Below, one piece after another: positions 35,901 through 45,617 of a stretch of DNA of 64,000 nt (its first letter is position 1; each line of letters begins with the position of its first letter). Made by a program: the position numbers and the translations under genes. The stretch comes from Ramazzottius varieornatus (taxonomy: Eukaryota; Animalia; Tardigrada): positions 817,971 to 881,970 of the forward strand of contig BDGG01000007.1 in NCBI GenBank assembly GCA_001949185.1, read 5' to 3'. The notes below the pieces were generated by a model. That model ran no database searches and had not been told where the DNA came from. It worked only from the letters and a program-made list of their open reading frames with translations.

Positions 35901-38900
35901 TGCGCTCTGTTCAGACACTTCAACGCAAACATGAAGGTAAAATTTCCGGCCAAACATTTTCGATTCGATTTTACAAGAAAGAAGTGAAATATTAACCAGA
36001 AAATTTTTCAAAATAAAAAAAGTGAAAATGTTCCAAAAACCAACAGAGTTTTTTAAAAAAGGGAATGAAACTCGCTGGAAAGAATCCGACCAGATCATTT
36101 TCTCAAGTGGCGCATCTCTACGGACTGTTGACTGAAAGCGCGCGCCACTTGGAAAAGCAATTGCGTCTAGTTTGTTTTCCAGAGTGGCGCACATCCTGGG
36201 ATTTCGGCTAGAGGCGTGCGCCACTGGGAAAAGATCTGATCAAGTTTGTCAGCCGAGCTATCAGACATTAGGTCTTTTGAATTTCTTGGGTTATTTTGGG
36301 AATTTTTCGCTGTAGGTTTGGAGCGCGATTTGTTCGCCTTGGGTGAGAAAGTTCGCCAGCTTGACGAACTAGCTACCAAGCTTCTCAACACGCACCCGGA
36401 ACAAGCTGAGAACATTTACGGTAAGCAGAAGGAGTTGAACGAGGACTGGTCGGCCTTGACGCGCAAGGCTGATGCCAGGAAGGAGCAGCTGCTGGAGTCA
36501 TACGACCTACAACGCTTCTTGGCTGACTTCCGCGATCTGACTTCGTGGATCAACAGCCAGCTGGCTCAGGTCTCTTCGGACGATTTGGCTAATGACGTGA
36601 CGGGTGCGGAGGCCCTGCTGGAACGTCATCAAGAACTGAGAAACGAGATCGACGCAAGATCGCCGGCCTTCCAACAGTTCGAGTTGTTTGGTCGACAGCT
36701 CATCCAGAAGAAGCACTATGCGACGCCTGACATCCAGGACGCTCTGGACAAAACCAAGGAAGCCAGGTAAGCCTACTAAGAGAATTTAAGCCCTCCTGCA
36801 TACTCTGGTCCACAATCATGTTGCTGCGATTTCCTAGTATGCAGGTGGATGAAAAGGTGGTCAAGTCGCTGTTCACCCACCTGCATGCAACTAGTCACAC
36901 TTTTGTCAAGGAGAGCGAGTATGTAGGTGCGTGAGAGTTTGTCAGATTTCTGCTCTGTATGCTGACCGGTTGTTTTGTTGGCAGGGATGAACTGAACAAG
37001 GAATGGGCGCTACGACAGAAGCGCTTGGATGACTGCTTGGAACTGCAGTTGTTTAACCGCGACTGCGAACAGTTAGACACATGGATGAAGAACCGCGAGG
37101 ACTTTGTCAGCGCTGAAGACGAAGGCGATGGAAAACAGAATGTGGAGACTCTCATCAAGAAATACGAGGTAAAAAACTGTTGGCTGTGTTCACGTACCTG
37201 TGTACACACGCATGCTCACAGGTACATGAACGCAGGTTCTCGACCAATTCTTCATTCTGACCGTTTTTTTCATGTTGCTTGTAGGATTTTGACAAGACGA
37301 TTCGGTCGCAAGAGCAGAAGATTGGACAGATGAACCAGTTTGCCGATCAGCTGATCAGTGGTGGTCATTACGCGTCGCCGGAAATCGACCGCAAGCGTAT
37401 GGATGTCCTGGACCGTTGGAAGCGACTGAAGGAGGCCATGATTGAGAAGCGCAACCGTTTGGGCGAGTCCCAGACCTTGCAGCAGTTCTCTCGGGACGCT
37501 GATGAAGTGGAGAACTGGATCACGGAGAAACTCCAAACCGCCACGGAACAAACCTACAAGGATCCAGCTAACATTCAGAGCAAGCACCAGAAGCACCAAG
37601 CCTTCGAAGCTGAGCTGGCCGCGCACGCTGACAGGATTCAGAGCGTGTTGAATACCGGCAAAAGTACGTAGAAAAATGCTCAAATCCTGCTTGTCTGTCT
37701 TTGTTATCATGCTGAAAACTGTTCAAATGAAAATTGTAAATCTCGAAAAAGAAATCAATGAAGAACGAAGTGGGGAAATGTTTTAGACGAGGTTTCGGTG
37801 ACGAGGACTGACCACGATTTTTGTTTCGTAGATTTGTTGGACAAGGGTGGCGCAAGCGGAAGTGAGACTGCTGTAGAGCAGCGTTTGAAGGCGGTGGCTG
37901 AACAATGGGAGCTTCTGACCCAGAAGACTTCGGAGAAGACTTTCAAGTTGAAGGAAGCCAACAAGCAGCGAAGCTTCAACGCTGCTGTCAAGGATTTGGA
38001 CTTCTGGTTGGGCGAGGTAAGAATGAGATAGTCCTTTGCTTTTCTAGGACTGACTTCTCTCTCGAGCTACGAACCAGGTGCATGGATGTAAGAATAATCT
38101 TACTGGCTTGATTTCAGATGGAAGCTTTGTTGAGTTCGGATGAGTACGGCAAAGATCTGCCATCAGTCCAGAACCTGCTGAAGAAACACAACTTGATCGA
38201 GGCGGATATCACGGCTCATGACGACCGTGTCACCGACATGAATGCACAGGTAAGCTCTTCCCATGGATATTTCCGATGGATTTGACAAATCCGCATTCAT
38301 TTCTTGCACTAACCTGCATACACACGTCGTTCAGACTGGTTAGAGTCTGGTGTATGCAGGTGTATGCAGGTGGCTGCAGTAGCTCTAAATTTTGGATAAA
38401 GTACCGCGAATGTTTTTAATGTCATTTTTTACGACTATCTGTTCGCAGGCCGATGATCTGGTAAGCAGTGGTCAGTTCGATACGCCCTCCATCCAAGATC
38501 GTCGCAAGTCCATCAACCAGCGCTTCGAGCGTATCCGCAATTTGGCAGAACATCGTCGCCAACGCTTGAACGAGGCCAACACACTGCACCAGTTCTTCCG
38601 CGACATTGCCGATGAAGAGTCCTGGATCAAGGAGAAGAAGCTGCTGGTGGCTTCCGATGACTATGGTCGAGACCTGACGGGCGTGCAGAACCTAAAGAAG
38701 AAACACAAACGCCTGGATGCTGAGTTGGCTAGCCACGAGGGCGCCATCCAGAACGTCCAGAAAGCCGGAGCCAAACTCATGTCGGAAACCTCACAGGTAT
38801 GAATATTCAACACTTGAAACGTCGGCAAATGATTTTACCCAGATCGTTGTATCAAGTGGCGCACGTCTTCATTGTTCATGTCTGGAAGCGTGCGCCATTT

Positions 38901-41900
38901 GGACGATCGATGGTCCAAGTGGTGCGCGTTTTTAACTAGTAACAAGGGGAAAGCGCGCCACATGGGAAACGACCTGTGAGAATTCATTTGCGGGCATCTC
39001 ACTTTCGGTTTTGACTGTGAACTAATGGGTAATTCTATGTAGGGTGGGCCTGAGATCGAGCAGCGTATCCAAAACTTGGAGCAGAACTGGGAAGACTTGA
39101 AGTCACGCGCTGGTGAACGTGGATCTAAGCTGGACCAGTCGAATGCCTTCCAGCAGTTCATCGCGAAAGTCGATGAGGAAGAAGCCTGGATTGGCGAGAA
39201 GGCCAACTTGATGCAGGTAAAGTGGAAGCTAGCTTGAGTATGGGTCTGGTGGCTAATGAAGCTGCTTTGTATGCAGGTGGATGATTTCGGTGACACCATC
39301 GCTGGCGTCCAAGGTCTGTCCAAGAAGCACGAGGCTTTCGAGACGGACTTGGGTGTCCACGTCGATCGCTGCCGGGAACTAGAGGCGGAAGGTGATCGCT
39401 TGCTGGCTGAAGGCAATCATCACCAGCCGGCCATCGAAGCAAGGTTGAGGCAGTTGAGAACAAGAATCGATCAGCTGGCCACCGCTTCGCGAGCTCGCAA
39501 GATGGCGCTGGACGAGAACAGCGCTTACCTGCAGTTCAACTGGAAGGCGGACGTCGTCGAAGGATGGATCGGTAAGACGGTAGGAACGCAAAGTCGTCAC
39601 GAGGGTTCGCCAGTTCAGAGAGCTTGCTTTCCACGCACCTGCATTCATCGAACTCCGAAGTTATTGTGGGCTGTCGGTGTGCAGGTGTGCACAGGCCGTC
39701 AGCGAAGAACCCCAGCGGTCTTTCACACTCCTGCGTACTCCCTGTTCGCACTAAATTTCTGGGTCGCTGTATACAGGCTGACGACGGGATGTTGTACGGT
39801 TATGTTGTGTCCCCACATACTGAAGTGTCGCGTGGTTGTTAAAAGTGAATGTATGGAGGTTGATAAAGTTTGCAATTGGCTGTTTTTGCAGCGGAGAAGG
39901 AAGCCCATGTTCGTTCGGACGATTACGGTCGGGACTTGAACTCGGTGCAGAACCTTCTGGCCAAGCAAGACACGTTTGAAGCCTCTCTTGTGGCCTTCGA
40001 ACAAGAAGGTATCCACAGTCTGACAGCCATGAAGAATAGGCTGGTGGCTGATGGTCATCGTCAGACTCAGGCCATCGTGAACCGCCATACTACCGTCATC
40101 CAACGCTGGCAGAAACTGCTGCAGAACGCGGCGTCTCGCAAAGAACGCCTGCAACAGATGCAGGACCAGTTCAAGAACATTGAAGAACTGTACTTGCTCT
40201 TTGCCAAGAAGGCTTCGGCCTTCAACTCGTGGTTCGAGAACGCCGAAGAAGACTTGACCGATCCAGTGCGATGCAACAGTGTCGAGGAGATTCGCGCTCT
40301 GCAAGATGCCCATTTGCAATTCCAAGTAAGTCCTTTTTCCAAAGGAAAGCAGGAAAATTTCGCTTGTGTGGTACCGTTCGTAAAGTGGCCCTCACGAGAG
40401 GCCACAAAATTCAAGATAGGTCTTACTGGTATTTATTTTTGCGACCCCCGTCTGAGATTCTCGTTTTAATGGCGGTTTTTATTTTCAGGAGTCGTTGACG
40501 ACCGCCGAGCAAGATTTCCGCCAGCTGGCTGACTTGGATCGTCGCATTAAAGAATTTGGAGTAGGACCAAATCCGTACACTTGGTTCACTATGGAAGCGC
40601 TGGAAGATACTTGGCGCAACCTGCAGAAGATTATTCGCGAGCGCGATAACGAGCTGAAGCGCGAATCGACTCGCCAAGAACGCAACGACCAACTGCGCGG
40701 CGAGTTCGCTCAACATGCTAACTCCTTCTACCAATGGCTCACTGAAACCCGCACCTCCATGATGGAAACGAGCGGCTCCCTGGAAGGCCAACTGGAACAA
40801 ATCCGCGTAAGTCTAGTTCCGAAGTTGCGACGTCGGATCATAAATCTGCCCAGATCGTTTGCCAAGTGGCGCACTCTTCCAGCCAATATTAGTGGAAACT
40901 GCGCCACTCGAGGTGGCGGTTGTAAGTGGCGCACGTTCCCAGCCAGTACCTATCAGAACATGCGCCGCTAATGACCGCGATCCTCGCTGAGTCTTTTGCC
41001 AACGTTCCACTTTATCGTGGAGATACTTCGAGGTAATACTTTTGATTCTTTGGTTGGTTGCAGAGAAAGGCAGCTGAAGTGCGCGCTCAACGTGATAGGT
41101 TAAAGAAGATTGAAGACTTGGGCGCCATGCTGGAAGAGCACCTCATCCTGGACAACCGCTACACCGAGCACAGCACGGTGGCCCTGGCCCAGCAATGGGA
41201 ACAACTGGATCAGCTAGGCATGCGCATGCAACACAACCTGGAACAACAGATTCAAGCCCGAAATACCTCCGGTGTCACGGAAGATTCCCTGCGAGAATTC
41301 AGCATGATGTTCAAGTAAGCAGAGTTGAGGTTGTGAATTTCCAAAGTGGAATATTAAACTCTTCAAACTCGCTCTACAGGCATTTCGACAAAGACCGTGT
41401 CGGGAAACTCGACCATGAACAATTCAAGTCCTGTCTTCGCGCTCTGGGCTACGACCTTCCGATGGTCGAAGAAGGCCAGCACGATCCTGAGTTTGAGGCT
41501 ATCCTTGACGAAGTCGATCGCAACCGGTGAGCTTTACCTTTTCTCAGTTCGATATTGTGCTGTCTTTGCATTCAGTGATTGACTAGGCAATGTCTTGTCG
41601 TTGCAGCATCGGCTACGTTAACCTGCAAGACTATATGGCTTTCATGATCAGCCGTGAGACGGAGAATGTCAGGTCCAAAGACGAGATTCTCCTTGCCTTC
41701 AAAGCCTTGTCGGCCGAGGAGAAACCCTACCTGACGCCCAACGAGATCTACGCGGTAAGAACCGCTCAGAGAAATCGAACAATACCTGATACCATTTCGC
41801 AGACTGGCAAACGAAAGGTGCAAGATCGTTATTTCCAGTGGCGCATGTTTCCATTTTTATCGATCCGAAGCGTGCGCCAGTTAACATTTTTATCCCAAGT

Positions 41901-42163
41901 CGCGCACGTTTCGTTGCTGCTGCCGGAACTGTGCGCCACTTGGGACAACGCTCCGATTGCCGACCTCCTAGTTTGTTTTTCCTCGATTGTTTCGGATTTT
42001 GTTACGGGAAAGAATAATGTGTCTTTCTTTGTAGAATTTGAGCAAGGAGCAAGCGGACTACTGCATGTCTAAGATGAAGCACTATGTGGACCCGAAGACC
42101 GGTCGCGAGGTGCCCAACTCCTTCGACTACCAGGACTTCACGCAGCAGCTCTTCCAGAGCTAA
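26991..42163 (+). CDS. SPTAN1: Alpha-spectrin (about 28 coding exons; spectrin repeats, SH3, C-terminal EF hands)
   Basis: N-terminus [18 protein letters not shown]; tandem spectrin repeats; SH3 [30 protein letters not shown]; EF hand [13 protein letters not shown]; ends FTQQLFQS* (TAA 42161-42163). Confidence 0.97.
28306..28376. repeat. Family A palindromic element (spectrin intron 3)
   Basis: GATCGCCATCTTAGGTGGCGC-29 nt-GCGTCACTTGAGATGACGATC. Confidence 0.8.
28517..30976 (-). CDS. Nested antisense gene: secreted Pro/Tyr- and Ser/Thr-rich mucin-like disordered protein (~795 aa, two exons)
   Basis: Hydrophobic N-terminal signal; 72-nt GT-AG intron 29848-29777 joins ..APDE|VTVPP.. in frame; lies wholly within spectrin intron 28151-31251. 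Confidence 0.8.
31665..31736. repeat. Family A palindromic element
   Basis: GTGGCGC(31679)-29 nt-GCGGCAC. Confidence 0.75.
32874..33046. repeat. Family A dimer
   Basis: Units at 32894 (28-nt spacer, degenerate) and 32970 (26 nt); outer arm ATCTTGTCGAGTTTGCTTGCCGAGCT. Confidence 0.75.
33704..33825. repeat. Family B dimer
   Basis: CCTGCATTC-29-GTACGCATG; CCTGCATAC-30-GTGTGCAGG. Confidence 0.7.
34384..34431. repeat. Family B monomer
   Basis: CCTGCATAC-30-GTATTCAGG. Confidence 0.75.
35471..35561. repeat. Family A monomer
   Basis: GTGGCGC(35482)-29-GCGCCAC plus outer arm TCTTGTCGAGTTTGTTTTCTGAGCT. Confidence 0.8.
36091..36259. repeat. Family A dimer
   Basis: Units at 36107 (28-nt spacer) and 36184 (27 nt). 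Confidence 0.85.
36795..36927. repeat. Family B dimer
   Basis: CCTGCATAC-33-GTATGCAGG; 34-nt linker; CCTGCATGC-30-GTATGTAGG. Confidence 0.8.
38313..38370. repeat. Family B monomer with a duplicated right arm
   Basis: CCTGCATAC-30-GTATGCAGG-T-GTATGCAGG. Confidence 0.8.
38840..38975. repeat. Family A dimer
   Basis: Units at 38856 and 38919, both with 29-nt spacers. Confidence 0.85.
39638..39859. repeat. Family B trimer
   Basis: Units at 39638, 39730 and 39812, each with a 30-nt spacer. Confidence 0.8.
40851..40982. repeat. Family A dimer
   Basis: Units at 40866 (28-nt spacer) and 40926 (29 nt). Confidence 0.85.
41822..41950. repeat. Family A dimer
   Basis: Units at 41838 (29-nt spacer) and 41899 (27 nt). 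Confidence 0.85.
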
Positions 42164-42730
42164 GCTGCGATGAGGAGGGACCAGCAGTGCAGCAGCAGTG
42201 GCATACCTTCTCTTCTACGTGAAATATTCCTTTTTGCACGGCATTTTGTGTCTTTGTCTTTTCTTGTCATGAACCGATTGCAGTAAGTGTACTAGTTAGT
42301 TTGCTTGCCCATCACGACGGGTATTTCTTCTTTTTAGTGTCTGTAGACTGTAGTCTCTGTACTGTGTAGTATCGTCTTGTTCGCGGAACCTTCTAGTGGA
42401 TCAAGTTTGTTCGCCGTCATTTTGGTTTGATTCATCCCCCTCTGTCATACTTTCTTGGCTTCTTCGTTCCCGTGAACACTTCTGCCGTTTAGTAAAAAAC
42501 AAACAAAGAAACTGTAGGCGAACCAAAACTAACTTTTGACTGCGCACCGTCGGTTCCTAAAACTGTGCCGTGTTATAAGTATAGGACGACTTACGTACAG
42601 TACAGCCGCCACTAGAAGAAAACTCAACACCAAAACCTTAGGTTAAAAGAGGAACGAAGAAAGTTTGTATCAAATGAGCTGAAGCGAAAACAAAAAACTA
42701 AAGACACTACAGAAAAAAACTTCAGACGTC

Positions 42731-44950
42731 TTAGCCCGTTGAGGTTTCGGCGTTAACGAGGAACTCGCCCAAGTTGGCTACGTCAGGCTCGGCCACACTT
42801 ATTCCGTTCCTCGTTTTGTGCTTCTTGCCTTTGGCATTGCTGGGCCGTCCCTTTAGCTTGTGTTCGGTGCGTTCAACCCCGTGTTCCATCAGGTGCTGCT
42901 TGAGCGTCGTCAGCTGAGCTTCGGACACGGAGTAAATGGCGTGGAAGGACTCTTTGCACAAGGGGTGATCTTTGTCGAAACGGTACACAGCCATTCTCTT
43001 CTTCTTTGGATCTGCAGTAAAAGCATTCCTGAACTATTTCTATTTGCCTTCGAAATCTTTCGATGGCATACGGTAGCTCTGCAAGCAAACTCGAGAAGAG
43101 TGTTCTCCCAAGTGGCGCACATTCGGGGTGTTCTTGGCTGAAAGAGTGCGCCACTTGCCAAAAACGACCCTATCGAGTTAATTTGCAGAGCTCTCGTACT
43201 TCCTTGGTTTTTCAGCCGAAAAACACTTCGGAGAACGGAAAGATTCTTTAGAAAGCTTTGAGCTGAACTCATGATATTCGAGAGAATATTAAAAAAAGAA
43301 CGCCGAAATCCCATTTCTACTGGTTTTGGGAAAGCTACTTCTTACCAGTTTCCCTTTCATTGAAGTGGGCGGCTTGGACTAAGCCGACACCACCCGACAG
43401 TTTACCCAGCAGGAACATGTGTCTATTACTCGACTTGAGCTGCTTGATCTGGCTTCGTGTCTCTTCGATAACATCCCTGGGTATCATCTCGACGCACTTC
43501 TTCTTACAGCAGTCCTTCTCGTTCAGGACGAGACTTGCCGTGTGGCTCAGCTTCCCTGCTTTGGGGGTGACTTCCCCTTCCCCTTCCGCGCCCTCGGTCT
43601 CGGCCTCCGTCTCGTGTGCGACGGCCTTCCGTTTACGCGAGGCGACTGCGGCCGGTTCTTGGCCGAGCTGAGGAGTCTCGATGCCGGGAAGCTGGAGCGA
43701 GATCCCGTTCTCGAAGAGACAGTAACGAATGCGACGCATCTGTTCGGTTGTCAGATCGTGAATATACTGGAAACACGGCGAACAGACGATGGTGTCGCGG
43801 TCGAGAACGTACATCGCGCGTTTACCACCTGCGAAAGACTTGCCTGAGCGATATCCATAGTTTGGGAATCGGCAACCGAAACATACAAAATTGTCATCTC
43901 AAGTGGCGCACGCTGCCAGCCAAATTACAAACGAAAAGCTACGCCACGTAAGAAACGATCTCAACTGGCGTGGTTTCCCGTCAGTAACAACGGTACAACG
44001 CGCCACTTGAGATAACGATCTACGTTTCATTTGTCGACTCCCCATTCCTAACTGAAGCCGAAGTGCTGCTTACCTGTGACGATTTCGGTCTCGGGAAGAA
44101 GGGACACCGAATGGCTCATCTTTCCCAACAGGTACAGTTGTTTCTCCTGTTCCGTCAGTGCGCGCATCTGGACGCGTGTTAGGGCGATCAGCGGGGCAGG
44201 GAGTTTGGACCAGCAGTTTTGATCACAGCAATAGTTTCCCACAGCCACCTCGACGTCTTTCATCTCTTTGACCGTTTCAGCCTGGACATCTATGCGTAAA
44301 GGAGGTTCGACAGGAGTTGACTTCACTGTCGAAGATCCTGGTGACTTCTTGTAGGGTTTGCCTTTCATGTTCAGAGCTGGCACAGGCTCGTCTTTTTGTT
44401 CGATCAGGTGGCTCCGCAGGACACGGAGCTGCCTTGGGGAGAGACTGTAGACTGTTTCGAAGGCGACGCGACATAGGACGTGGTTCTTGTCGAAGCTGTA
44501 GTACGTCGGAGTGCCTTTTCCAGCTGAAAGAGACGAGAAACGACCAGTCTGCTCACGGTATGGATTGACAAAATCAAACTCCCAACCGCATATGATAGGC
44601 TGTACGGTTCACCCTTAAGACGCCAAATCAAGTGAACCTTCGAATGATTGACGAACAATGCTTGATTCTGATTTTTTTTCCCGATGCTCACCTCTTCCCA
44701 TCAATTCGCCTTTGATGTCCAACTGATCAATAGACGTAGAGATCTTCCCCAGCAGGAACATGTTCTTGTCTTGTGGGGAGAGAGCTGCGAGGAGTCGGTG
44801 AGTGCGATGGAGAAGAGTGATGGGGAATTCAGCCAGGCATCCTTTTCCACAGCAGGTGCCTTTCTTCGCGACGGTTGTGACGGTGTCATCGTCGTCGGGA
44901 ACAGTAACTGTCTTCCTACGGCGAGGAGTAGCAACTGTTGGTTCCGACAT
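42731..44950 (-). CDS. Protein with three tandem CCxxxC...LLGKxS...Y-x-F/L-D...L/V-C..F repeats, resembling a transposase N-terminal domain; no catalytic core seen
   Basis: ATG 44950. Repeats CCGKGC..FLLGKIS..YSFDKNHVLCRVAF, CCDQNC..YLLGKMS..YVLDRDTIVCSPCF and CCKKKC..FLLGKLS..YRFDKDHPLCKESF. An intron falls at the equivalent position in each repeat. Stop at 42731. Confidence 0.75.
43075..43193. repeat. Family A full-length monomer (~120-bp palindrome)
   Basis: AGCTCTGCAAGCAAACTCGA..CAAGTGGCGCAC..GTGCGCCACTTG..TCGAGTTAATTTGCAGAGCT; spacer 29 nt. Confidence 0.85.
43888..44021. repeat. Family A dimer
   Basis: Units at 43903 (31-nt spacer) and 43965 (28 nt). Confidence 0.8.
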
Positions 44951-45617
44951 CCTTCCGGCTGGAAGTGAGCTGCAACAAGACAACAAAGGAGGTATTTTCG
45001 AACGAGAAGGAATCGCTGGAAAACGAACAAAGATTTTGCACTGGGTGCCGCACCACGTCACCCGTTTCAGTTGACGATGGTTCAAATGACGTCACAAAAT
45101 GGCGAAAGGAATAGTAATAGTCCAGAAGTATCTGTAGATTACCAAAAGTACTTGAGTACTACTTACCGCACTTTTATCATTCTCCGTTTTGATCAGTCTG
45201 GCCAGAATACTTTGTTTTTCAAATACCAAAAACGTCTTTGATAAATTTTATTCTTCATCTTGATGAATGGGAGTTTAAAGTCGGATCTGTCTGTCTTGAA
45301 GTGACGCTCCACTATCACTTGCTGGTCGAATTCAATCGTAGCGAGGACGAAGCTGGAGTAACTGCGCGGCGATTGGCCTTGTACATGAAGAGCTATGACA
45401 TAAATTGTGATAACAGGTGCGCAAATTATTATCGTCCACTTCGATATCCATAGATAACCAACCGTTCCTAAACAAGGTCTCCGACTACATGATATCTCGC
45501 CGACGAGCAAGCAATATAAGTTCCACGGTAGCTCGATTAGGTTGTCGGTGCTCTCCAGCCACTGAGGCACTGTTTGCGACTTTTTAGGGTTCGTCATTGT
45601 GGCACCGTGCTTTTTCC

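Noticed and set aside
39638-39859. Family B trimer as a CRISPR array
   Set aside because: The arms are 9-bp alternating inverted repeats, not 23-47-bp direct repeats. There is no leader or cas gene, and the context is a eukaryotic intron.
31237-41010. Numerous minus-strand ORFs opposite spectrin exons
   Set aside because: Antisense shadows of biased codon usage, with no independent signal.
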